Shown in pieces: positions 1 through 8,375 of a stretch of DNA of 64,000 bases; within the stretch, counting starts at the first letter, position 1, and each line of letters opens with the position of its first letter. The DNA lies in assembly GCA_964509195.1 (NCBI GenBank), contig CAZDWJ010000001.1, positions 30,311 through 94,310 on the forward strand. The letters are read 5' to 3'. Under the pieces are notes generated by a model, which saw only the letters and a program-made list of their open reading frames with translations, was not told the origin of the DNA and searched no databases. The position numbers and the translations under genes are program-made. This DNA comes from an uncultured Leptospira sp. (lineage in GTDB: Bacteria > Spirochaetota > UBA4802 > UB4802).

Positions 1-649
1 ACAAAAAGCAGTTCAAAGGACCTTGCAATGGGCAGCTATCTCACATGATTACTGGATTAACAATTTTAATACCGAAAGGCAGGCACTCTTTGCTATAGTA
101 CAGGGGAGCACCTATCCTGATTTAAGGAAAATGTGCATTGAAGAGTTGTTACACTATGACTTTTCAGGATATGCCATCGGTGGGCTATCTGTTGGTGAAC
201 CCAAAACTGAGTATGCCCAAGTAACAGCCTTGACCGTGCCCTTGTTACCATGGGATAGGCCCCGCTATATGATGGGTGTTGGTAGCCCTCTTGAAATACT
301 GGAAGCAATTAAACACGGTGTGGACATGTTTGATTGTGTAATGCCTACAAGAATTGCCCGCAATGGTACACTTTTTACCTCAAAAGGGCGGGTCAATATT
401 AAATCCGCAATATACGCAACTGACTTCAGCCCGCTGGATGAAGACTGCCAATGTTATGTATGCAGGACATTCACAAAAGCGTATTTACGACATATCTATA
501 AAATGAATGAAATTGCAGCACTTGTGTACAATACCTACCATAATCTATATTTCATGAAAAAATTTATGGAAACAATCCAGAGAAGCATACATGAAAATAC
601 ATTTTTGCAGGAATATAAAAAATGGGAAGAGATATATAGAAATAACTGA
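1..649 (+). CDS. tgt: queuine tRNA-ribosyltransferase (tRNA-guanine transglycosylase), 5'-truncated by window edge
   Basis: The frame of ORF 23..649 stays open back to nt 2. It has the Tgt C-terminal half: GYAIGGLSVGEP, MMGVGSP and the zinc site CQCYVCRTFTKAYLRH. Confidence 0.9.
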   Translation, partial: QKAVQRTLQWAAISHDYWINNFNTERQALFAIVQGSTYPDLRKMCIEELLHYDFSGYAIGGLSVGEPKTEYAQVTALTVPLLPWDRPRYMMGVGSPLEILEAIKHGVDMFDCVMPTRIARNGTLFTSKGRVNIKSAIYATDFSPLDEDCQCYVCRTFTKAYLRHIYKMNEIAALVYNTYHNLYFMKKFMETIQRSIHENTFLQEYKKWEEIYRNN

Positions 650-762
650 ATTACAATAAGAATATCCCCTGCCATTTGGTATGAAGCAGGTGTTATTACT
701 ATTTCAAAATAGTTTGATGTAACAATTTTTACATTAATTGAAATAATTGACTATTGTAAGGA

Positions 763-1317
763 TTAAGTTGTCATCCCCCCTTTTGATAAACTTCCCCTCT
801 CCCACTCAAGCAAAAACTCCTTTATTCCCGCTCCTCCACTGTAATTACCAATATCTCCATTACTTCGTATTACCCTGTGACAGGGATACACAACAGGGAA
901 CATATTCTTTGCCATTACATTCCCCACAAAGCGTGCACCACCTGAAAAACCACAACGCTGTGCAAGTGCTCCATACGAAATCGTTGTGCCCGTAGCTACC
1001 TTCAGCAATTCACCTAAAACAACTTGTTCTTTTTGTGTATATAGCCAAAGGTCACACGGCGGGGGTTGCAAAATTATTTTTTTTGTATATTTTTCAAAAT
1101 AGTTAATTGTATTATGAATTATCGGATTTGTTCCTTTTTGTGCTGTTCTGGAAATTATCTGCAGTAAATTATTTTCATAGTTACTATCGAACACAATTGC
1201 TTGTAAATATTTTTCATTAGCAACAATGTATACTCTAAAATGAAAAAATTTATATGTTGCATAGACTGAGTCTTTAATTTTATCTCGTATATCTATCAAT
1301 TTGTTCACCATCAGCAC
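763..1317 (-). CDS. ogt: methylated-DNA-protein-cysteine methyltransferase (O6-alkylguanine repair)
   Basis: Active-site PCHRV motif (VVYPCHRVIRSNGDIGNYSGG) and a preceding TISYGALA helix. It overlaps the ribF stop by 7 nt, which suggests an operon. Confidence 0.85.
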   Translation of the reverse strand: MLMVNKLIDIRDKIKDSVYATYKFFHFRVYIVANEKYLQAIVFDSNYENNLLQIISRTAQKGTNPIIHNTINYFEKYTKKIILQPPPCDLWLYTQKEQVVLGELLKVATGTTISYGALAQRCGFSGGARFVGNVMAKNMFPVVYPCHRVIRSNGDIGNYSGGAGIKEFLLEWERGSLSKGGMTT

Positions 1318-2243
1318 TCTGCCAGGATTTTTTCAGAAATCAATTTATCACTATACAGTTGCTCCTTAAGTTCAGCAACAGAACTAAACCGCTTTTCGTC
1401 ACGGATTCGCTCAATAAAATGGACTTCAATAACTTTGCCATAAATATCCGCATTAAAATTAAAGATATGAACTTCTATTGTTCGCTCAGTATTTTCAAAT
1501 GTAGGGTTGGTGCCAATATTAAGCATACCATGGTATGAATTCCCCTCTACATATACTTTTACTGCATACACACCATCCTTTGGGATAATCTTATCAGGAT
1601 CCTCCGGCGAAATATTTGCTGTGGGAAAACCCAAAAGCCTTCCACGCATTTGTCCTTTCACCACTTTGCCACCCAGTGTATATGGTCTTCCCAATAGCAT
1701 GGTAGCCATTGCGATGTTACCATCTTCAATCTCGGTTCGTATCCATGATGAGGAAACAGGTCGCGACTGAACACACACCGGTTCAACTCGCTCAACTATA
1801 AATCCTTCACGTACAGCTAAGCTTTTTAAAAATTCAAAGTCGCCCTGCCTCCCTTTACCAAACGCATGATCATACCCCACCACGATATGCGCTTTCCCGA
1901 TATGATAAAATACAATCTTATATAAAAATTCCTCCGCTGTTAAAGCTGCTACCTCACGGGTAAACGGCATCATAACAATATTGGTAATACCTGCCCGTTC
2001 AATTGCATGAATTTTCTCAGTAGCTGTCGTGAGTATTTTAGGCGGGGTGTGTGGCGTTAGAAGTTTGCGGGGATGTTCACTGAATGTAAAAACCACTGGT
2101 TCACCATTTAGTGACTGCGCGAGCGTTACCATACGATCAAATATTGCCCTGTGCCCGCTATGAACTCCATCAAAGCTGCCTATGGTTATCACAGGATTTT
2201 TAAAACCTTCATCCCTTTCGGATAAATTATACAGTACCGTCAT
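1311..2243 (-). CDS. ribF: bifunctional riboflavin kinase / FMN adenylyltransferase
   Basis: 310 aa. N-terminal nucleotidyltransferase motif GSFDGVHSGH and C-terminal riboflavin kinase motifs (LGFPTANI, IEVHIFNFNADIYG). Confidence 0.92.
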   Translation of the reverse strand: MTVLYNLSERDEGFKNPVITIGSFDGVHSGHRAIFDRMVTLAQSLNGEPVVFTFSEHPRKLLTPHTPPKILTTATEKIHAIERAGITNIVMMPFTREVAALTAEEFLYKIVFYHIGKAHIVVGYDHAFGKGRQGDFEFLKSLAVREGFIVERVEPVCVQSRPVSSSWIRTEIEDGNIAMATMLLGRPYTLGGKVVKGQMRGRLLGFPTANISPEDPDKIIPKDGVYAVKVYVEGNSYHGMLNIGTNPTFENTERTIEVHIFNFNADIYGKVIEVHFIERIRDEKRFSSVAELKEQLYSDKLISEKILAEC

Positions 2244-3879
2244 GCCGCCCTATCCTCTCCTGAAGTAACCACGCATCATATAATACCAGAGCAACCATTG
2301 ATTCAATAACAGGAATAATTCGTGGAACAATGCAGGGGTCATGCCTGCCCTTAATAGATACATCAACAGTATCACCGTGTATATCCATTGTTTTCTGAAT
2401 TTGTGCTATTGATGGCGTTGGCTTCACTGCTATATGGATCACAATATCCTGCCCTGTCGATATGCCGCCCAAAATGCCACCCGCATTATTAGTCAAAAAT
2501 TTTCCATCACTCATCTGGTCATTATTTTCGCTACCTCTTTTACGTGCACTCTCAAATCCACTGCCTATCTCAACACCTTTTACCGCACCAATGGACATCA
2601 CAGCCATAGCAAGCCGCGCATCTAACTTATAGAACACAGGGTCTCCCAGACCTGCAGGAAGTCCTCTTGCTATACATGTAACAATACCACCAACAGAATC
2701 ATGCTGTGCCTGTGCTTCCCTTATAGCCTCTTCCATAGCAGGTGCTTTGTCAGGATCAGCTGCCCGCACAGGATTTTTCTCTATAAAATTTATATCAACC
2801 TTTTCACCTTTAATGCCGGCAATCTCCTCAGCATACGCTATCACATCCACCCCTCTTTCTTTCAGCATTTTTAGGGCGATAGCTCCCGCAGCAACCCTTG
2901 CCACTGTCTCACGCCCGGATGACCTCCCTCCTCCCCGGTAATCCCGTATGCCGTATTTCTGCCAGAATGTGAAATCAGCATGCCCAGGTCTGAATATATC
3001 TTTTAAGGATTCGTATGCTTTAGAATCCTGGTCTTTATTGTACACAATCATACATAGGGGGGTACCTGTTGTTTTACCCTCAAATAAGCCGGAAACGATC
3101 TCAACACTGTCAGCTTCTTTTCGCTGTGTACTCACAGAACTTTGCCCGGGTTTTCTGCGGTCAAGCTGGTGTTGGATATCCTGGACAGATAGCGTAATAC
3201 CTGGTTTCAACCCATCCACAACAGCCCCTAAAGCTTTTCCGTGACTCTCACCAAATGTTGTCACTCTGAGTATCTCACCAAATGTATTGGGAGCCCACAT
3301 CCATTGCGATAGTACAAAAGAAATCTGCTGAATTAATTCCTCATGTGCAATGTCTTCATTTTCTTTTGTTATAGTATAGACAATATCACTTAAATGCTCT
3401 GTGGCTTCATAAAGCTTATCTACTCTTTGTTTATATTTTTCAATTGGATTATCACCCTGTAAGAATGGTGGTATACCCGTAATCTCCATCCTTTCCCATA
3501 AAAAATTAATATCTGCTTTTAACAAAATTAAAACACTTTCTTTTCTCAATGCAATCCGATTTTCATGAAAAAGCATTGCACCACCACCCGTGGCAATCAC
3601 GCACCAATTCAGCAAGGCAGCTTTTGTAATTGCTTCTTTTTCTAAATCTCTAAAAAATGTCTCGCCAAATTCTCTGGCAATTTCTCTGCAGCTTTTTTTG
3701 CTAGTATGTTTTTCTTCAAAAAGAGATTCAATAATTTCATCTGTTTCAAAAAAAGGTATATGTAATAGCTTAGCAATTTTCTTTCCAACAGTTGACTTCC
3801 CCACCCCTTTAGGTCCGGTCATAATTATCTTCATTTTTTTTAACGTCCTCCATACATAGAGCTCATTATTAACCTTCAA
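2227..3879 (-). CDS. aroC: shikimate kinase - chorismate synthase fusion protein
   Basis: The N-terminal ~190 aa has the shikimate kinase P-loop (MTGPKGVGKSTVGK). The rest is chorismate synthase (NTFGEILRVTTFGESHG, GGGRSSGRET, RHDPCIVPR). An alternative start at 3834 (MKIIMTGP, GGAGG 12 nt upstream) is biologically more likely than 3879. Confidence 0.9.
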   Translation of the reverse strand: MKVNNELYVWRTLKKMKIIMTGPKGVGKSTVGKKIAKLLHIPFFETDEIIESLFEEKHTSKKSCREIAREFGETFFRDLEKEAITKAALLNWCVIATGGGAMLFHENRIALRKESVLILLKADINFLWERMEITGIPPFLQGDNPIEKYKQRVDKLYEATEHLSDIVYTITKENEDIAHEELIQQISFVLSQWMWAPNTFGEILRVTTFGESHGKALGAVVDGLKPGITLSVQDIQHQLDRRKPGQSSVSTQRKEADSVEIVSGLFEGKTTGTPLCMIVYNKDQDSKAYESLKDIFRPGHADFTFWQKYGIRDYRGGGRSSGRETVARVAAGAIALKMLKERGVDVIAYAEEIAGIKGEKVDINFIEKNPVRAADPDKAPAMEEAIREAQAQHDSVGGIVTCIARGLPAGLGDPVFYKLDARLAMAVMSIGAVKGVEIGSGFESARKRGSENNDQMSDGKFLTNNAGGILGGISTGQDIVIHIAVKPTPSIAQIQKTMDIHGDTVDVSIKGRHDPCIVPRIIPVIESMVALVLYDAWLLQERIGRHDGTV

Positions 3880-4146
3880 TCACTACAGAGCATATAGTAG
3901 CACAAGTCAATAAAAACTTTTTTATACACTTTCTATCACCTTCAACTATACTAAATGGCTTTATACTAATCTATCGTTTCAATATAAACAAAATATAGGA
4001 ATGCATTACTTATGTTTTTTATAATATTACACATACACATGGTATTGACATACAATCATTCAAATCATATTTTTTTAGATTGTTTGTATAGTAATGATAT
4101 AATATTATAATAATTTTGTTTTTCTTTTAAATATTTTAATTTGTAT

Positions 4147-4171
4147 ATATTGCAAAACTAATTTGCAATAT
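4147..4171. promoter_or_regulatory. perfect 10-bp inverted repeat ATATTGCAAA-N5-TTTGCAATAT, candidate operator
   Basis: Read directly from the sequence. It ends 8 bp upstream of the -35 hexamer (which starts at 4180) of the candidate gntR-family gene promoter. A TTTGCAAT half-site recurs at 5236..5243. Confidence 0.45.
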
Positions 4172-4179
4172 TAATATTG

Positions 4180-4208
4180 TTGACATAAAATATTTAATAT
4201 TATATTAT
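4180..4208 (+). promoter_or_regulatory. sigma70-type promoter candidate TTGACA-N17-TATTAT
   Basis: Near-consensus hexamers with a 17-nt spacer, ~90 nt upstream of the ATG at 4299. Confidence 0.45.
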
Positions 4209-4298
4209 GTATTACGATATTACCAAAAGACACTTTCACAAAAAATAGGGTTTTACAACTATAAAAGGTAACATTAAAAACAAAAGGAGATTCAGTTC

Positions 4299-5048
4299 AT
4301 GGCATCACGAAACAAAGGCATTCAGCTAATGATCAACAAGATTGAGAAAGCTCCTGATATTCCAAGCATGGTGGTTTCACAAATAATTGAACTCATTTCT
4401 TCAGGTGTTTTAAAGCCAGGCGATAGGCTCCCTTCAGAGCTGGAAATGACACGGCGCTTTGGTATCAGCCGTATATCATTACGTGAGGCAATGAAGCTAC
4501 TGGAAGCAAAAGGCTATATTGAATCACAGGGCAGAAAAGGGAAATATGTAAAATCTGTTGTTGACGATGCAATTAAAACTCCAATAGAAGGACTAATCCA
4601 GATTGACCACAAAAAAATATGGGAGTTACTGGAAGTACGACGTATCATCGATGCTGAAGCCGCAGCATTGGCAGCATTACGCGCAAATGAGGAACAACGA
4701 AGGAAACTTAACTCATTCAGAACCCAGATTGAACTTATGGGAGTTGAAAACCTTATCCAAAAACGTGAGGGTGGAAAATTTTATGCTCAATTTTACAATC
4801 ACCTTTATGAAGCCACCAATAATACCATCTTTGCTCACATACTTAACGCTATATCAACCATTTTACGGGGAGTTCTTCCCTATAGCCGTGAAAAATTAGC
4901 CAGAGTTAAAAACACATCACGTGATATCTATGAACACCATATCAAGATCCTGGATGCTATTAACTCACACAAACCTGACCTGGCACGCGAAGCTGTAGTT
5001 GAGCATATAGACTATCTTGAACGCACATTGAAAAAAATATTAAAATAA
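4299..5048 (+). CDS. GntR/FadR-family transcriptional regulator (wHTH + FCD domain)
   Basis: N-terminal GntR wHTH (LPSELEMTRRFGISRISLREAMKLLEAKGYI) and a helical FCD-like C-terminal domain. An AAGGAG RBS precedes the ATG. Confidence 0.85.
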   Translation: MASRNKGIQLMINKIEKAPDIPSMVVSQIIELISSGVLKPGDRLPSELEMTRRFGISRISLREAMKLLEAKGYIESQGRKGKYVKSVVDDAIKTPIEGLIQIDHKKIWELLEVRRIIDAEAAALAALRANEEQRRKLNSFRTQIELMGVENLIQKREGGKFYAQFYNHLYEATNNTIFAHILNAISTILRGVLPYSREKLARVKNTSRDIYEHHIKILDAINSHKPDLAREAVVEHIDYLERTLKKILK

Positions 5049-5063
5049 AATGGTTACCATTAT

Positions 5064-5093
5064 AGTTGGGCGCATGGTAATGCGTCCAACTTT
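5064..5093 (+). terminator. hairpin terminator candidate after the GntR gene
   Basis: 12-bp stem AGTTGGGCGCAT/ATGCGTCCAACT (one G-T pair), GGTA loop, followed by TTT. The T tract is weak. Confidence 0.4.
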
Positions 5094-5206
5094 ACTCAAT
5101 GGTATATATTTTTAATTAAAACCAAATCCCTTAAAATATAAATTTATTTTTTAATATCTTTCTTTAAAACTCATAAATTTTACAGTAACAATACTAAATT
5201 TATTCC

Positions 5207-5235
5207 TTGACGCGTACGAAAATTTTTGTTATTAT
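5207..5235 (+). promoter_or_regulatory. sigma70-type promoter candidate TTGACG-N17-TATTAT
   Basis: Hexamers with 17-nt spacing, ~35 nt upstream of the ATG at 5269. A TTTGCAAT half-site follows immediately. Confidence 0.4.
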
Positions 5236-5268
5236 TTTGCAATAAATTTTCACATAAATGGTGAACCT

Positions 5269-6252
5269 ATGGAATTAACTTTCAATCTACCAGGACTTGA
5301 AACAATTGAGCAACGTACCGTTCCTCTTGACAGTGCCACTTTGTACGATGTTCTGATTGTTGGCGGTGGCCCTGCTGCCATGACTGCTGCAGTATATTGC
5401 ATGCGTAAAGGTGTGAAAACAGGGCTTATTACCCTTGATATAGGTGGACAGGTCGCCGAGACTTCAACAGTTGAAAACTACATGGGTTACCGACATATTG
5501 AAGGCATTTCACTGGTACAACGCTTTAAAGAACAGGTGGAACAATTTGAAATTGGTTTTTTGCAAGGTTACAAGGCCACAAGAGTAATTGATGGCAATAT
5601 AAAAAAGGTAGAGTGTGAGGACGGAAACACCTATCAGGCAAAATCAATAATTATAACCACCGGTAAACGCTGGCGCAGGCTCAATGTCCCCGGTGAAGCT
5701 GAGCTTACGGGTAAGGGGGTTGCATACTGTGCCATCTGTGATGCCCCTCTTTTCAAAGACAAAGATGTTATTGTTGTTGGTGGTGGCAATTCAGCAGTAG
5801 AAGCTGCTATTGATCTTGCAAAGTTAGCCACATCGGTAACCGTTGTTCAACTCCTGCCATCACTAACTGCGGATAAAGTGCTTATCGATGAGCTGTCAAA
5901 ATTTACCAATGTTACAATACTGTTTGAACATGAAATTAAAGCAATACACGGAAACAATGCAGTTGAATCTGTGACAGTACGCAATATAAAAACTAAACAA
6001 GAGAGTACTCTGTCGGTTCAAGGAGTTTTCATTGAGGTAGGTCTTGTTCCAAACACTGAACTTGTTAAGAATGTTGTTGCATTGAATGAATATGGTGAAA
6101 TCATTATTGATTGCAGTTGCAGGACATCGCGTCCTGGAATTTTTGCTGCTGGTGATGTAACAGCAGTCCCTTATAAACAGATAATCATTGCTGCAGGTGA
6201 AGGAGCAAAAGCAGCATTATCTGCCTGCGATTATGTTTTAACCAATAAATAA
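5269..6252 (+). CDS. thioredoxin-reductase-like FAD/NAD(P)H disulfide oxidoreductase (AhpF C-terminal-like)
   Basis: FAD motif VGGGPAAMTAA, redox-active CAIC (AYCAICDAP), NAD(P)H motif VVGGGNSAVEAA and C-terminal GIFAAGDV. Confidence 0.88.
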   Translation: MELTFNLPGLETIEQRTVPLDSATLYDVLIVGGGPAAMTAAVYCMRKGVKTGLITLDIGGQVAETSTVENYMGYRHIEGISLVQRFKEQVEQFEIGFLQGYKATRVIDGNIKKVECEDGNTYQAKSIIITTGKRWRRLNVPGEAELTGKGVAYCAICDAPLFKDKDVIVVGGGNSAVEAAIDLAKLATSVTVVQLLPSLTADKVLIDELSKFTNVTILFEHEIKAIHGNNAVESVTVRNIKTKQESTLSVQGVFIEVGLVPNTELVKNVVALNEYGEIIIDCSCRTSRPGIFAAGDVTAVPYKQIIIAAGEGAKAALSACDYVLTNK

Positions 6253-6273
6253 TACTTTTATAGGAGGTTTTCC

Positions 6274-6915
6274 ATGCCACTTTTTGACGAAAAAGTATCA
6301 GCTCAACTTTCACAGCTGTTATCAAAAATCAAAGATCCAATAATAATTAATTTTTTTACCCAGGAAATTGAATGCCCAACATGCCAGACAACTCATCAAT
6401 TTGTTGAAGAAATAGCACGCCTCAATAACAAGATTACACTTAATATTTATGATCTAATTAGAGATGCTGAAATTGCAAAAGAATATAAAATCGATAAAGT
6501 TCCCGCAATCGTAATAACTGATTCAAAAAAAATTATTAAAGGCGTACGGTTTTTTGGGATACCTGCAGGATATGAAATCAATTCATTCATTTCAGCGTGT
6601 GTCGAAGTGTCAGGGATAAAAGAATCAATGCCCGACTCGGTACTTTCCCGTATAAAAAGCATAGTGAAGCCAATTCACATTCAGGTATTTGTGACACTCA
6701 CCTGCCCCTATTGTCCGGGTGCAGTTGCAACCGCTCATAAACTTGCAATAGAAAATCCAAACATTACTGCCGATATGATAGAAAGCACAACCTTTACGCC
6801 CCTGGCAATAAAACACAATGTTTCTTCTGTGCCAAAAGTAGTGATTAATGATATCTATGAATTTATTGGTGCGCAGCCAATTAACGTATTTTTAGATATG
6901 ATCGAGAAGATTTAG
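6274..6915 (+). CDS. glutaredoxin-like protein disulfide oxidoreductase with two thioredoxin-fold units
   Basis: 213 aa with two CXXC sites (CPTC and CPYC) about 110 residues apart. This is the layout of PDO/Grx-like proteins and of the AhpF N-terminal domain. An AGGAGG RBS is present. Confidence 0.8.
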   Translation: MPLFDEKVSAQLSQLLSKIKDPIIINFFTQEIECPTCQTTHQFVEEIARLNNKITLNIYDLIRDAEIAKEYKIDKVPAIVITDSKKIIKGVRFFGIPAGYEINSFISACVEVSGIKESMPDSVLSRIKSIVKPIHIQVFVTLTCPYCPGAVATAHKLAIENPNITADMIESTTFTPLAIKHNVSSVPKVVINDIYEFIGAQPINVFLDMIEKI

Positions 6916-6927
6916 GTGTGCAAAAAT

Positions 6928-7011
6928 TGCCGCGAGAGGGATTCGAACCCTCACAGGCGTACACCCACCAGACCCTGAACCTGGCGCGTCTACCAATTCC
7001 GCCATCGCGGC
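6928..7011 (-). tRNA. tRNA-Leu (anticodon CAG), class II with long variable arm, no encoded CCA
   Basis: Manual cloverleaf: acceptor GCCGCGA/TCGCGGC, anticodon stem CCAGG/TCTGG with loop TTCAGGG, 15-nt variable arm, T arm GAGGG-TTCGAAT-CCCTC, discriminator A. Confidence 0.9.
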
Positions 7012-7121
7012 TTGTTGATAGTATTGATTTTATCACATCATGTATTTGTCAAATAAAAATTTATTGAATTAACTAAATAAATGCCCTCTGCAACATTGTT
7101 TCGATACACACAGCATTGTGT

Positions 7122-8375
7122 TCATACTCGTTCCAGTTTCACTAACTCTTCATACGTTTCTCTATTACGTATAAGCCGGTGCCTATCTCCTTCTACCAGT
7201 ACCTCAGCAGGCAATGGATGCGAATTGTATCTGGATGCCATTGCCATACCATAGGCTCCTGCTGATAATATAGCCAAATAATCTCCTGGCTCAATATATG
7301 AAATCTCTCGTTCTTTAGCAAAAAAATCACCTGATTCACATATAGGGCCAACGACATCAACAATCTCACTTCCCTCACGTAACGTTACATTTGATATTTG
7401 CTGATAGGCTTGATACAGTGTTGGCCTTATTAAATGATGCATCCCAGAATCAACAATAACAAATGTTTTTGTATCAGCTTTCTTCTTATACTGCACCTGT
7501 GTAATCAATGCTCCACTACTACCTGAAATATACCTGCCAGGTTCAATTATCAAAAAAACATTTTTCTTGTTAACAGTCCTGCGAATAATTTTAGCCCATT
7601 TGTCTATATCAAGCGACTCTTCATTATGATATTGTATCCCAAAACCGCCACCCAGATTCAACGTTTTACATTCAGTTGCACCCATTGCCTTCAGTTCTTC
7701 CATCACTGCCATAGCTTTTTTACACGCTTCCTCAAAGGGCTCCACTTCTGTAATCTGAGAGCCTATATGGACATGAAGTCCTGTTAACTTTACATGTGTC
7801 ATATTCTTTACTACATCTATAACTTTTGGTAATAAATGCATGGAGACGCCAAATTTATTTTCTTTTTTACCAGTAGTAATATAATGATGCGTGTTGGCTT
7901 CAACATCAGGATTTAGCCTTATAGCAATACTTGCAATTTTATTCATCCTACTTGCTATGGTATTAATTCTTTCAATTTCAGGCAATGATTCACAATTAAA
8001 CATCCTAATCCCAGTCGAAAGCGCCATCTCAATTTCTGGCGTAGTTTTCCCAACACCTGCATATACAATTTTTTCAGGTTCAATACCTGCAGCGATAGCT
8101 CTGTATATTTCACCTCCTGATACGACATCCATTCCGCATCCTAACTCATGCATCATCCGTAAAATGTTAATATTTGAATTTGACTTTACTGAATAGCAAA
8201 TCAGATGAGGATAGCCGGATAATGCTTCATCAAGCTGTGTGAACTTATCAACAAAACATCGTGAAGAATACACATACACTGGCGTGCCATATTCTCCTGC
8301 AATTTCTGCTAATGAGACATTTTCGCAATACAGCATTCCATCCCGATAAGTAAAATATTCCCTGAAAGAGTTCAT
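7122..8375 (-). CDS. lysA: diaminopimelate decarboxylase
   Basis: 417 aa PLP-dependent decarboxylase fold (YSVKSNSN, GGGFGI, CESGD). It has a 4-nt ATGA overlap with the upstream greA-like gene. Confidence 0.9.
   Translation of the reverse strand: MNSFREYFTYRDGMLYCENVSLAEIAGEYGTPVYVYSSRCFVDKFTQLDEALSGYPHLICYSVKSNSNINILRMMHELGCGMDVVSGGEIYRAIAAGIEPEKIVYAGVGKTTPEIEMALSTGIRMFNCESLPEIERINTIASRMNKIASIAIRLNPDVEANTHHYITTGKKENKFGVSMHLLPKVIDVVKNMTHVKLTGLHVHIGSQITEVEPFEEACKKAMAVMEELKAMGATECKTLNLGGGFGIQYHNEESLDIDKWAKIIRRTVNKKNVFLIIEPGRYISGSSGALITQVQYKKKADTKTFVIVDSGMHHLIRPTLYQAYQQISNVTLREGSEIVDVVGPICESGDFFAKEREISYIEPGDYLAILSAGAYGMAMASRYNSHPLPAEVLVEGDRHRLIRNRETYEELVKLERV

Noticed and set aside
7027-7052. 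Promoter for tRNA-Leu (TTGACA ... TGATAAAAT on the minus strand)
   Set aside because: The -35 to -10 spacer is only 14 nt. It could work as an extended -10 promoter, but the evidence is insufficient for a feature call.
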